A stretch of DNA of 64,000 nucleotides from a bacterium (GTDB lineage Bacteria; Zhuqueibacterota; QNDG01; JABMRT01), in the NCBI GenBank assembly GCA_011046415.1, contig DSAP01000089.1:4064-68063 (forward strand). The letters run 5' to 3'. A program made the position numbers and the translations under genes. This document shows positions 18,173 to 28,453 of this stretch, in pieces. Numbering within the stretch: position 1 is the stretch's first letter; every line of letters begins with the position of its first letter. The notes under the pieces were generated by a model. That model was not told the origin of the DNA. It was given only the letters and a program-made list of their open reading frames with translations, and did not search any database.

Positions 18173-20092
18173 TTACGGTTTCCTGAACGTTTGCAGCTTC
18201 TGCTTGGCGCCTTCGATCGCCTGAATCAGATTCACGTTGTGAGGATCTAGGATTAACGCCTCCTCCCAGACCTGAAGCGCCTCTTCATACCGTCCGTCGC
18301 GATATAGCCGGAGGCCCTCGTTCATTTTTCCGCGCACCTCTCTTTGTTCTTCTTCTGAGAGCGGTCTTTCATCCTTCGCGGAACGGGCCATGGCATTGCG
18401 GTACAGAGTCAGGATCCTGTCATTGTCCGGCTGATACTCCAGCGCCCTCTTGAAGAACGGGACCGCCTCCTCAAACTGTCCCCTGTTGAATCTCTCGATA
18501 CCGGCCTGGACATTGGATACATAATCCACGGCCTGGGCAAGACGGCGGATTTCCTGGTTCAACAGGTTTTCAAGGGAAGGAATGCCGACCGCCTGAGACC
18601 GGGCCTGTTCGAGTACGTTCCTGGCTTCAGACAGGTTTTCCTGCTGTACGAGGTTTCGGGCCCGCGAGATCGCCCGGTTCACCTGGCGTTCGAGTTCACC
18701 CCGGGCCTGCTGAATATAACGGATCAGGATTGCATTTCCGGGATCCACGGCCAAGGCCTCACGCCATCTTTCTATGGCCCGCTGATAATCGCCCCGCTCC
18801 ATGGCCTGATTGCCCTCCTTGAGTCGGGCGTTGACCAGTTCAAGATTCTGCCTGATTTCCAGCCTTTCCCGTTCCTCCCGGAGGATGGAATCCTGGCGTG
18901 CCTGCTGCCATTCCAGTTCACGCTCTTCCGTTATCCGAAGGAATTCCTGAGCCCGGGTATTGTTCCGGTCTTCCCTGAGCACACGGTTGAATTCGATTCG
19001 CGCGTTAAAATAGTCGCCCTTGTGGAGGTACTCCTGTCCGGACTGCAGGGCGTCGCGGATCCGTTTCCGGCGGTCCTGTTCCATCTTTTCCTGCAATTGG
19101 ACTTGCATTTCTTCCTCATGCCGGAGGCGTAATTCCTCCCTCGTTTCGGGGAGGCTCTTTCCGATATGGACGCTGAGTGAAAACAGATGGCTTCGCCTGA
19201 AAAAATCGGATTCGGACATTTTTGCCGTGGCATAATCAAACTGAATCGCTCGGTACCGAATGCCTCCCCCGAATGAGAGGCTGCCCTGATCGACTCCCAT
19301 GCGGAAGAAAACCAGGTGGTCGAAGGCATATTCACCGCCGAGGTGATAATGCAGTTTGCGGTTTTTAAGCCAGTCGACATCAGAGAGGAATACCAGCCTG
19401 TCCTGTCCGTCCCTCAATGAAAAAGCCTTGGCGAGGCCGATACGGGTCACGGTCGGCAGGGTTTCCGTGCGTGTCCCGAGTTTCATGCGCGGATTCACGG
19501 CATGCACGAGATTCATACCCAGGTGCAGCCCGTCCAGAAATCCTCCATTCCCGGGGAATGTATAATGGATCCCCGTGTCCAGGCCAAAGCCGTTTGTCGC
19601 ATACTGGCTACCCATCACCTGTCTGTTGACCTCCAAATTGAGGCCGACGGCGAGCCCGCGATAAACCGGGAGGGCGTAAGCCAATGAAAGTTTTCCCCAC
19701 CAGTAATCAAAATCTCCCGTGGACACCGGGACGCCCTGGATCTCCTCATATCCCGGGATACCGTCCGTGCCGACCCGTGAGAATCCGAATCCGAAGACAC
19801 CCGCATTCAGGGTCGGATGGACATATCCGATAAAATGGTATTGAACTCCCTCGAACAGCGTGGTCTGACTGAACAGGGCGTTTTTGCTCTGAACCAGCAG
19901 CATCCCCGCCGGATTCCAGGAAAAAGCGGAGGCATCTTCAGGAAAGGCGACGGATGCTCCGCCCAGACCCAGGCCGCGGGCGCCGATCCCGATGGAAAAC
20001 GGGCTTTCCCTGCCGGCGTCTCCATTTACTTCGGCCTCGGAAACACCCGTCAGCAGCCCAAAAAGACAGACAAAGACAAGTTTCAAACGCAT
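18173..20092 (-). CDS. FadL/PorV-family outer-membrane beta-barrel (about 310 aa) fused to an about 330-aa TPR / coiled-coil C-terminal extension
   Basis: Signal peptide, then GARGLGLGGASVAFPEDASAFSWNPAGM, a FadL/PorV N-terminal hatch-like motif with NPAG. There are alternating-hydrophobic beta strands and the barrel ends ..GGIRYRAIQFDYA. The C-terminal half is rich in TPR-like and charged coiled-coil repeats. Confidence 0.55.
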   Translation of the reverse strand: MRLKLVFVCLFGLLTGVSEAEVNGDAGRESPFSIGIGARGLGLGGASVAFPEDASAFSWNPAGMLLVQSKNALFSQTTLFEGVQYHFIGYVHPTLNAGVFGFGFSRVGTDGIPGYEEIQGVPVSTGDFDYWWGKLSLAYALPVYRGLAVGLNLEVNRQVMGSQYATNGFGLDTGIHYTFPGNGGFLDGLHLGMNLVHAVNPRMKLGTRTETLPTVTRIGLAKAFSLRDGQDRLVFLSDVDWLKNRKLHYHLGGEYAFDHLVFFRMGVDQGSLSFGGGIRYRAIQFDYATAKMSESDFFRRSHLFSLSVHIGKSLPETREELRLRHEEEMQVQLQEKMEQDRRKRIRDALQSGQEYLHKGDYFNARIEFNRVLREDRNNTRAQEFLRITEERELEWQQARQDSILREERERLEIRQNLELVNARLKEGNQAMERGDYQRAIERWREALAVDPGNAILIRYIQQARGELERQVNRAISRARNLVQQENLSEARNVLEQARSQAVGIPSLENLLNQEIRRLAQAVDYVSNVQAGIERFNRGQFEEAVPFFKRALEYQPDNDRILTLYRNAMARSAKDERPLSEEEQREVRGKMNEGLRLYRDGRYEEALQVWEEALILDPHNVNLIQAIEGAKQKLQTFRKP

Positions 20093-20119
20093 GATCTCAC
20101 CCGGCCCTGTTCGGCTTTT

Positions 20120-20362
20120 TTATTTTACGAAAGCCATTTTGAATTTAAATATCTCTCCATTTCCGGTCTGCATGATCAGATGGTAGACGCCGTTCAAGAC
20201 CTCCCAGCCCCTGTCATTGCAGCCGTCCCATGTCCAGCGGTTCACCTGGCCGGCCGACACCTCCGATTCGGCGACGTCATATGACTTGACGAGCTGGCCG
20301 ACAAGGGTATAGATTCTAAAGGAAACGGAGGTCGGTTCCGGAATGTAGTAATAGATCGTGGC
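20120..20362 (-). other. Coding segment for the T9SS-type (Por_Secre_tail / FlgD-Ig-like) C-terminal sorting domain of the giant protein
   Basis: Matches the general TIGR04183-type pattern (NPF...I.Y.I..V..IY.L.GQLV....G...W.G.....G..GVY.......K...K). Confidence 0.55.
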
Positions 20363-23300
20363 GGTCTCCCTGCCCGGCTCACCGAACGGATTGGGACTGC
20401 TCCACAATCGGGCTTCTTCGTTTGGATTGAAAATCCGGAGTGGCGCCGAAGGAATGCTTTCCAGTTCGTCTCCTGTCGGACTCTTGACGAGTACGTCACG
20501 GTCTGAAGCGGCTTCTCTCGCCGAAATGGCCTGTCCGTCCGGCACGCTCACCCTGAAAAAGGGGACGGTCTGTGACTCCGCGATGCGTCCGCGAATCAGA
20601 ATTTTTTTGCTCTGATTGTAAGGAATTTCGAGACCGGACAGGGAAATCCGGACCGGGTTGGCCTCCGGAATCTGGGCCGTCGTTCCGTAAATGTCCGGCC
20701 CATTCATCTCGACCGCCTCGAGACGGGACACCGCCGACCGTGGCCCGATATCTTCGCCTTCCCGTCCCGTGAGGGTCAGCCAAATCTCGCGGATGATGAT
20801 GGGATAGGCACCGGTTTCTCCCCGGTTCTGAAACTCCAGGCCGAGCAGGGGGACGTTGCTTTGCCCGGGCGTCAGGGACTGATTTGCCCCGGACAAGACC
20901 AACGGCGTCACAGAGAGCCAGGTTGATTGTAACCGGACGGCGACGGCATGATAATCCCGTCCGACAAATGCAGGTTGATCGGTATTCTCATCAACGGGAA
21001 TCTTCGTGAGCCGGGATTCGATCTGGGCGGCCGCGGTGGAAGGTTGTGACGGGGCTTTAATCGTCCAGAAGGCCTCGCCGCCGGAGAGTGTTTGCGCCAG
21101 GACCTCCCGTGTGGTATATTGAGGTGGAAGCGCGAGGAGCGAGACTTCGATGTCACCGATGGTTTGGGCTTCCCCGGAATTCTGAACCGCGGCCCGGACC
21201 ACGAATTCCTGTCCCAAAGAAACCGTGCCGTATTGTGCAGCCTCCGGCGGACTGTCGATCGTCAAGAATAGCGCAAGATCGGCCTTGGAAACGGTGTTCA
21301 GGGGGAGTGCATTCGGTACTCCTCCGATGGGAACCGCGGGTTGCAATGCATCAACACCCCTTGCCGTAACGATGAGAGTGCCTTCGGATACAGGCGTCGT
21401 CGGAGCCGTGACCAGCCAGGTCACCGTATCTCCGCTCGCGCTCTGGGTCAGGTTGTTTTTGGTGTGATATCCGAAGGGGAGTTCGATCCGTGCCGTGATT
21501 TCCGTGACATTGTCGGAAATCATTTCTGTCCGGACCACGAAGGACTGTCCCGTGGACAGGATACCGTCCGAGGCGCCCGACGGTGCGGAAATGGACGTGA
21601 CGGATCTCAGCCGGCTGGCGATGGTGGTAATCGGCGCCTCGGCAAATTGATCTGTGACGACAACCCGGACATCCGTGTTTTTATCGATCGGATACTGGAT
21701 CAGATCGACGCGGACCTTGTCGTTTGTCGAAGGTTCATTCGGGGCCCTGAGTCGCCATTCTGCCGGAACCTCAGGAGTGATACCGGCCGAATCCGACGCC
21801 GAGATCAACTGGTATCGATCGGGCCAGCGTATCCTCACGCGTCCCTCATTCTTTAATGCGGAAGATCCCTGCTTGAGCAGTCTGCCCTTCACCTTGAATT
21901 CCTGATTGACAGAAACCACACCGTCGGCCGGTTCGGTTTCTATACTCAGAGAGAGAGAGGCTGGACTCTGGACAAATACCACGGCGGTGGGATCGCTGGC
22001 CTCTCCGATGGGTGCGTCATCCGTTCCGTTCTCCCGTTTAGCCCCCTGAATCCGGGACGTAAAGGTTTCTCCGGAGAGGTTTTCCTGATTTGCCGCCAGT
22101 ACGTCAAACCACACCGAGTCACGTCTGGAGGGTTCAAGGCGGGTTAACAGGACCTGCGGATTTTCGATGGCCGAAAGGCCATTGGATTCCATCCGGACGT
22201 CGATGTTGCGGATCGTGAAACTCAAACCGTTCTCGACGATCACCAAGACACGAAAAGCCTGTCCGGTATTCACGAAGCCGTTTTTTGACTCGGTGGTGTT
22301 TACTGTCGCGATTTCCGTCGAGATAATCCGGAAATCCGGTTTGGACTCGATAAAGACCTGCGCCTCGTTCTCTGCCCTGAGCGTCCGCAGGTCGTTGCGG
22401 TCTTTGCCCCCGGCCCGGACGCGGATCCGGACATCTCCTCCGTAGGTACCGGTCGTATTCACATGATAGATCAGCGAATCGGTCACCCCGGGGGCGAGGA
22501 TCAGGCCGCCTCCTTTCAATGCGTTCGGGGGAACGACTTTATAATCCGTCTGATAAATGCCGCCCACGAAGAAGGCGACGCTGTCGGCAGAGGGTCTCGA
22601 GAGTTCGATCGCCGACCCGCCTGTGTTGCGGACGGCGACCTTGATGTGCCACGGATCGGTTTGACCGCCGAGAAGAAGAGTCTGTGAAGTCGAGACGGAC
22701 AATACCTGAAAGACCGCAGGATTCTGGATGGTCGCCGTGGCCGTCTTGTCTGGAGAATTCCCGTCCTCCAGGAAAAGGGCCGTGTTTTCGGCAAATCCGC
22801 TTGCAGAAACGGTGAATGTCTCCGATCCGGGAAGGGTCGACGCCGTCACCGGAACGGTCAGAGAATGAACCTGCCCACCGGATAATGTTCCGATATAATG
22901 TGCCCTGACAAAAGATGAGGTGCCGGAACTTCCGATTTCCACCTCCACATCCCGCATGGCGTCTTCGCCGAGGTTTTCGACCTGGAGGAAGAGATCGAAA
23001 ACCTGCCCGCGGTTCACATACGGGCTGTTCGGGGCGCGGTTGGTGACTTGCCGGACGATCAGATTGGCCGGTGCTTCGATCAGGACTTGCCCGTGACCGC
23101 CGTCGCGCGTGTCTGTCTCGAGTCGCCGCCCTGTAGTCATTTCGAGGCCTGCAACATAGGCGTCGATCCTGCAAAGACCGGCGGCCTGATCGGTCGTCCG
23201 TGTCACTTCAAATATCAGACTGTCGGTTTCACCTCCCTCAAGAACCCAGTCACCGGTCCAGGAAGGCGGATAGGTCAACTCCCATGTCTGGGGAGCGCCC

Positions 23301-26300
23301 AGAGAAAATTCCAGATAGCTCGCGGTCGTACTCGAGTCGATCGCCGTCGCGCTTCCTCCGGTGTTGGTGGCCACGACGGCCACACGCCAGGGCATGACCT
23401 GGCCCCGAGAGACCTCGGCCTGGGACGGCTTGACCATATGGATCACCAGATTCGCCGGCGTCTGTACCAGGAGGTTGGTAAATGCATCATCCGACAGGGT
23501 GACCCCGGAGCCCAGCAGATACACGAAAAGCCGAATCGTGGCGCCCCCCGCATCGCTGCCGGTGTGAAGAACGGGAATCAGGAGCGAATCGATCCCGTTT
23601 CCGGGCAGCGTCTCCTCGGCGCTGCCCCAGAACGCCGTCGGCAGCTGGAGGGTGTAATCGTGGCGCACGATACCGGCCACATTGAATTGAAGCCGGACAC
23701 TGTCGAGACGGACCTCTGATCCGCTGAAATTGCGGACGGTACAACGGAGATACCAGACCGAATCCTGATCGGTTGTGACGGATTGAATGCCGGTGGCCCT
23801 GTCTTTCCCGACCGCCCTGAAATCGGAGACCAGAATGCCCGGAGAAAGCACCACATCGAACAAATTGGATTCCGAAAAAATAAAACCGCCTGTCTGAGTC
23901 ACTCGCATTCGGTTGGCCGTCCTGGCCTGATGCACCGTGACGCCGGTCGTCAACACGCCGTTGCTGAAATTCGGGCTGACATCGGGTCTGATCGTGCCTG
24001 TCAGATCCGAAATATCCACGGTTTGGGTGAAATTGGTCTTGACATTGCCGTAAGCGTCTTCTGCGGTAAGCGTGGTTGAAAAGGGAACCCCCACGATCTG
24101 ATCCCCGATATGCTGGATCGCAAATCGGTTCAACGCCGCGGGCAGCACGTTGAACAGATTGGAACTTCCCCTTTGCACGCCCCCCTGGTAAACCATGATT
24201 CTCACATCATTCCTGGCCCCTGTAATTCGAACCGTTTGTGTGAGGAGGCCGGCGCTGAACGATCCGGTCGCAGCCGGCGTCAGCGTGCCTGTGCTGTCGG
24301 AAAGGGAAACCTGTCCCGCAAACTGGGTCACGATATTCTGATATGTGTCGAGCGCGGTCAGGTATATCTGGAAGTCTGTACCCGCCATCTGCGGACTGGC
24401 CACCGGGGCCACAGAAATGGTCTGAACCGACCCCGGATTGACATTGAAGACCTCCGAGACGCCGCTTTTCCCGAGTCCGCTCACGGTAAGCCGGTTCTGT
24501 GACTGGCTCTTCGTGATGGTTACCGTGGCGGTCCCCACACCGGATGAGAAGGTGATCTGTTTCACATCATTGGTCCCGGTAAGGTCTGCGAGATTGACCG
24601 TTTCATTGAAGCCGGTGACGAGATTGTTGTTCACGTCATAGGCGCGGACGGTCACGGAGAATCCCTGACCCGCGGTCTGCGGCGTCGATATCGGATCAAA
24701 TGTGAAATGGTCCACGGTCGTCGGGATCACGTTGAAGGTATTCGAGATGGCGCTTTGCGTACCACCGTCCCGGACGACCGTGATCCGGTCATTCGTTTGG
24801 GTCTGGGTCACCGAAATCGTGCCAGACCAGATGCCGCTTTGAAAATCATCGCTCTGAGACCGTGAAAGCGATCCCGTGCCGGTATGGCCGATGTTGACCC
24901 GGTTTCCCGGTCCGCTAAACCCTGTCACGGTGTTGTCATACGCATCCTGCGCGGTCACGGTGAGGCTGAAGGGCACGCCCGGCGTCTGGGTGGCGATCTG
25001 TGCGATGGCGAAATGATCCAGTGTATTGGGCGCCACGTTGAAGGCGTTCGATGTCCCCGTATGGCCGGCGCCGTCGTCCGCCGTGACCCGGACATCGTTG
25101 ACCGCCTGTGTAATCGTCAGGGTGACCGTACGGGTGCCGTTCGAAAAGGCGCCGGAAACAGACGGCGAGATCACGACGGGAGAGGAACCCGACGCGGCTG
25201 AAAGCGGAACCGTGCCGTTAAACGACTGTGAGACATTTCCGAAGGCGTCGCGTGCCGTGATCGTGACCGGAAAACCGGTTCCCGCCGTTCGCGGACTGGG
25301 GACTGCCGAAAACTCAAACCGGCTGACGCCCGCTCCGGCCACATTGAATGGGTTGGAAGTCCCGCTTTTACCCAGCGCCGTCGCGGTCAGGACATTGCTG
25401 TTCATGGCTTGCGAGATCGAAATCGTACCCGTCCATGTCCCGTCGACGAGGGTGACCTGCTGCGGCGAATGCGTTCCCGTCTCATCACGGATATTCACCA
25501 CCTGGTTGGTGAAACCGGTCACAATATTGTTGTTGACATCTTCGGCGCGGATTGTTACGGAAAAACCGACGCCCGCCGTCTGGTTCACGGGAATCGCGGA
25601 AATCACGAAATGGTCGACCGTACTCGAAATCACATTGAAGGCGTTCGACTGGCCGGTGTGTCCGGACCCGTCGTTCACCGTAATCCGGTCATCCGTCTGG
25701 ATTTGATTGATACGCAGGTTTCCGGTCCAGACACCGCCAGTAAAATCGCCGCTCTGGGTGGGAATGAGGGTTCCCGTACCCGTATGGGAAATGTTGACCC
25801 GCCGGCCTGAGCCGGAGAAGGAAGCGGCCGTGTTATCGAAGGCATCCCTCGCCGTGATGGTCACCAGAAAAAATTCTCCCGCCGACTGGGTGCTGATGTT
25901 GGACAGGGTGAAATGATCCACGGCCGCGCCGTTGACATTGAAGGGACCGGATGTCCCGGTGCGGCCGCCTCCGGAAGCCTGGATATATATGTCCGTGTTC
26001 GCCTGGGTAATCCGGACATTCCCCGTCCAGACGCCCGAGGAGAAATTTTCTGTGCTCGCCGAAGATGTGGCATCAACCGTGACCGTACCCGTCTTCTCGC
26101 TGAGGGTCGCCGGATTCGTATAATCTGTCTTGATATTGTCGTAACCGTCATAGGCCGTGATGGTCAGGCTGAACGGAACACCGGCCGTCTGCGGACTGGA
26201 GATGGGGCCGAATACAAATTGATCCAGGGCTCCCGGTAACACATTGAATGCGGCGGATGATCCGGAACTCGTACCGGATGTCGCCAGGATCGCATTGGAA

Positions 26301-27025
26301 GCGGCCGTTTTCGTCACACGCACGTTACCGCTCCAGATGCCCGAAGAAAATGCGGTGGTCTGATTCGTCCCGGTCCCGGTCACGATGACCGTACCGGTTT
26401 GGTCCGATAGGGTCACGGCGCCGGAAAAGCCATCAGCCCGGTTGCCGAACGCATCCCGCGCTTCGATGTCGGCCTGAAAGTCCGTCCCGGCGACCGCGCC
26501 GGTCCCCGTAACCGAAGCCGGAAGCGAGACCTGAAATGTTTGTACGGGCCCCGGATCAAGCGTGGCGGACGCGGAGGTCCCCCGTTCAATGGGTGTATTA
26601 TCGGCCTCCCGGGTGGTGACGATTACCTGGAAATTACCCGAAGCGGCCCGGTTGGTCACCACCGCGAACTGGATCGTTTCTGCGCCGGCCGTCGCCGGAC
26701 TCCCTGTTCCGTTCCTCTGAGCGATCAGGGAGTCACCTGCGGATGTGACAGACAGGCCGCCATCCAGGGTAGCCGACGAAACGATGCTGACCGTCGAAAG
26801 ATCGAATCCTGATGGATAGCGGACGACAATCCGTCCGTCGGAGGGGATGGTGTCGGCATGGTTGAAAGAGACGGTGTGTATGCTCCGTTGACCCACCGTC
26901 GCATCATCGAGGGTGATCTGCACGGCTGTCAGTGTCTGGGCCAACACACCGACAGGAAACAGGAGGAGAAAGGTGGTTAAGGACAGCCCGATTTGTGTTT
27001 TCGCAGTCATTTTCATAAATGTCAA
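20120..27025 (-). CDS. Giant (2301 aa) secreted cell-surface protein with at least 9 tandem about 100-aa Ig-like repeats, further CARDB-like repeats and a T9SS-type C-terminal sorting domain
   Basis: TTG start, then a signal peptide (MTFMKMTAKTQIGLSLTTFLLLFPVGVLAQ). Repeat units end in ..FNV and share the pattern DHF..I..QTAG.PFS.T.TA.D..NN.VTGF. Later repeats read ..APANLIV..V.N.GG.A. The C-terminus reads PNPFGEPGRETATIYYYIPEPTSVSFRIYTLVGQLVKSYDV..WDGCNDRGWEVLNGVYHLIMQTGNGEIFKFKMAFVK. Confidence 0.8.
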   Translation of the reverse strand: MTFMKMTAKTQIGLSLTTFLLLFPVGVLAQTLTAVQITLDDATVGQRSIHTVSFNHADTIPSDGRIVVRYPSGFDLSTVSIVSSATLDGGLSVTSAGDSLIAQRNGTGSPATAGAETIQFAVVTNRAASGNFQVIVTTREADNTPIERGTSASATLDPGPVQTFQVSLPASVTGTGAVAGTDFQADIEARDAFGNRADGFSGAVTLSDQTGTVIVTGTGTNQTTAFSSGIWSGNVRVTKTAASNAILATSGTSSGSSAAFNVLPGALDQFVFGPISSPQTAGVPFSLTITAYDGYDNIKTDYTNPATLSEKTGTVTVDATSSASTENFSSGVWTGNVRITQANTDIYIQASGGGRTGTSGPFNVNGAAVDHFTLSNISTQSAGEFFLVTITARDAFDNTAASFSGSGRRVNISHTGTGTLIPTQSGDFTGGVWTGNLRINQIQTDDRITVNDGSGHTGQSNAFNVISSTVDHFVISAIPVNQTAGVGFSVTIRAEDVNNNIVTGFTNQVVNIRDETGTHSPQQVTLVDGTWTGTISISQAMNSNVLTATALGKSGTSNPFNVAGAGVSRFEFSAVPSPRTAGTGFPVTITARDAFGNVSQSFNGTVPLSAASGSSPVVISPSVSGAFSNGTRTVTLTITQAVNDVRVTADDGAGHTGTSNAFNVAPNTLDHFAIAQIATQTPGVPFSLTVTAQDAYDNTVTGFSGPGNRVNIGHTGTGSLSRSQSDDFQSGIWSGTISVTQTQTNDRITVVRDGGTQSAISNTFNVIPTTVDHFTFDPISTPQTAGQGFSVTVRAYDVNNNLVTGFNETVNLADLTGTNDVKQITFSSGVGTATVTITKSQSQNRLTVSGLGKSGVSEVFNVNPGSVQTISVAPVASPQMAGTDFQIYLTALDTYQNIVTQFAGQVSLSDSTGTLTPAATGSFSAGLLTQTVRITGARNDVRIMVYQGGVQRGSSNLFNVLPAALNRFAIQHIGDQIVGVPFSTTLTAEDAYGNVKTNFTQTVDISDLTGTIRPDVSPNFSNGVLTTGVTVHQARTANRMRVTQTGGFIFSESNLFDVVLSPGILVSDFRAVGKDRATGIQSVTTDQDSVWYLRCTVRNFSGSEVRLDSVRLQFNVAGIVRHDYTLQLPTAFWGSAEETLPGNGIDSLLIPVLHTGSDAGGATIRLFVYLLGSGVTLSDDAFTNLLVQTPANLVIHMVKPSQAEVSRGQVMPWRVAVVATNTGGSATAIDSSTTASYLEFSLGAPQTWELTYPPSWTGDWVLEGGETDSLIFEVTRTTDQAAGLCRIDAYVAGLEMTTGRRLETDTRDGGHGQVLIEAPANLIVRQVTNRAPNSPYVNRGQVFDLFLQVENLGEDAMRDVEVEIGSSGTSSFVRAHYIGTLSGGQVHSLTVPVTASTLPGSETFTVSASGFAENTALFLEDGNSPDKTATATIQNPAVFQVLSVSTSQTLLLGGQTDPWHIKVAVRNTGGSAIELSRPSADSVAFFVGGIYQTDYKVVPPNALKGGGLILAPGVTDSLIYHVNTTGTYGGDVRIRVRAGGKDRNDLRTLRAENEAQVFIESKPDFRIISTEIATVNTTESKNGFVNTGQAFRVLVIVENGLSFTIRNIDVRMESNGLSAIENPQVLLTRLEPSRRDSVWFDVLAANQENLSGETFTSRIQGAKRENGTDDAPIGEASDPTAVVFVQSPASLSLSIETEPADGVVSVNQEFKVKGRLLKQGSSALKNEGRVRIRWPDRYQLISASDSAGITPEVPAEWRLRAPNEPSTNDKVRVDLIQYPIDKNTDVRVVVTDQFAEAPITTIASRLRSVTSISAPSGASDGILSTGQSFVVRTEMISDNVTEITARIELPFGYHTKNNLTQSASGDTVTWLVTAPTTPVSEGTLIVTARGVDALQPAVPIGGVPNALPLNTVSKADLALFLTIDSPPEAAQYGTVSLGQEFVVRAAVQNSGEAQTIGDIEVSLLALPPQYTTREVLAQTLSGGEAFWTIKAPSQPSTAAAQIESRLTKIPVDENTDQPAFVGRDYHAVAVRLQSTWLSVTPLVLSGANQSLTPGQSNVPLLGLEFQNRGETGAYPIIIREIWLTLTGREGEDIGPRSAVSRLEAVEMNGPDIYGTTAQIPEANPVRISLSGLEIPYNQSKKILIRGRIAESQTVPFFRVSVPDGQAISAREAASDRDVLVKSPTGDELESIPSAPLRIFNPNEEARLWSSPNPFGEPGRETATIYYYIPEPTSVSFRIYTLVGQLVKSYDVAESEVSAGQVNRWTWDGCNDRGWEVLNGVYHLIMQTGNGEIFKFKMAFVK
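24030..26580 (-). repeat. Intragenic tandem array of diverged about 300-nt units encoding Ig-like repeats (protein identity about 35-50% between units)
   Basis: Repeats are evident in the translation. The DNA copies are diverged rather than exact. Confidence 0.55.
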
Positions 27026-27169
27026 CCTTCAATTTTGCGGATTGAATAAGCACTCGCAAATTAAGTACCAGCTAATCATAGGAAAGAACAAAAAGCCTTA
27101 AACCTTTAAAATACAATAACATAACAGATGCTTGTCCCTGTCATGAATCCTCCGGGCGATGGCCAGAAA

Positions 27170-28453
27170 TCAGCCACCCTGCTTGAAGTATTGCTTGATC
27201 AGATCGCCGGTTTTCATATAAATCTCTGCGACTTTCTCTTTCGAAAAAGGGAGGAGGAGACGTTTTCCCGAATCGTTTTCCGCGTCGTTCAGTATTTGCA
27301 TTACGGTTCTCAGGTTGTCATGCGCCCGGACGAGACCGGTCATCGCGGATTCGCTCAGCCGGTCAACTTGCCCCGGATTCCTGGCAAGTTCTTGGTTGAT
27401 CCATGCCTGAAAACGCCGCAACGACTCCCCGTCTCTTTTTCCCTCTCCGTACAGATAATTGAGAAAAAAGAAATCCGACTCCGCAGGTAATAAAAGGCGC
27501 GTTCTGTCGTACATCCCCTCGAGGATATTCAAAGCGGATCCATGATCACCGGCATCGATGCGTTGAAAAGCCTCTACGATGGTTTTACTGCGAAACTCCG
27601 GGGAGAGCGCGACGGCCTTTTTCAAGGCAGCCATCGTTTTTTCAGACCCTGTCTGGTCATTTTTTATCGCCTGTCCCCGCAACAGTTGTATTCCTAAAAA
27701 GAGATACGCCCGTGGAGAATCCGGGCGGAGACGCAACGCCTCTCGTATCGCATCCTCCGCCTGATCCGTTTCGGACATCCGATGGTAAATCCATCCGAGC
27801 TGCAGCCTGAGATCCGCATTTTCCGGGGCCTTCCCGACGGCCCTGCGGATGAGAGCCTCTGCCTCTGCGTACAGGCCCAGTCTGAGATATATCTCGGACA
27901 ACAGAAACGCATTGTCAGGGAGCAGAGGATGATTTCCGTCAACCGGTTCCAGAACGGCGCGGGCGTCATCGTAAAAATGCCAAGCCAGAAGCAGCCGACC
28001 GAGGCGGAAGAGGCTTGGGCCGTGGCGGAGCCGTATGATTTCTGCCAGGATCCGGTCGAGAAAAAGGATTTCCTGCTTCCGCGTATGGTGAACGGCCACG
28101 ACCGTGGAATGCACGATATCCGGCGAAGTATCGATGTCGATGTCCCGCTCCCTTCGGTCAATCACCCTGCCCCGGTCAAAAAGCGTCGAGACGATATGCT
28201 TTGCATCGCTCAGGGTGTGGGTTTGCAGATGCAGGATCCTGCCTGAGAAATGCACATTGTCGCTCAAATTGTGTTTTTTCATCGATGGCATCGGAATCCG
28301 GGGGGAACATCGCCGGACAAATAAAGGCATGTCGCCCGTGCATCCTGTTCGGATGCCGGGTCGTAAATAAGGCATGTTTTCCCCCAAGGCGTTCTTGATA
28401 TTACAAAAACACTCCCGTCTATTTTCCGAGGAGACAACAAATGGCCGCGACAT
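27170..28453 (-). CDS. TPR-repeat protein, hypothetical
   Basis: Multiple TPR-like helices (AYLFLGIQLLRGQA.., LRLQLGWIYHRMSE..). The real start may be the internal MKKHNL near 28282. Confidence 0.5.
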   Translation of the reverse strand: MSRPFVVSSENRRECFCNIKNALGENMPYLRPGIRTGCTGDMPLFVRRCSPRIPMPSMKKHNLSDNVHFSGRILHLQTHTLSDAKHIVSTLFDRGRVIDRRERDIDIDTSPDIVHSTVVAVHHTRKQEILFLDRILAEIIRLRHGPSLFRLGRLLLAWHFYDDARAVLEPVDGNHPLLPDNAFLLSEIYLRLGLYAEAEALIRRAVGKAPENADLRLQLGWIYHRMSETDQAEDAIREALRLRPDSPRAYLFLGIQLLRGQAIKNDQTGSEKTMAALKKAVALSPEFRSKTIVEAFQRIDAGDHGSALNILEGMYDRTRLLLPAESDFFFLNYLYGEGKRDGESLRRFQAWINQELARNPGQVDRLSESAMTGLVRAHDNLRTVMQILNDAENDSGKRLLLPFSKEKVAEIYMKTGDLIKQYFKQGG

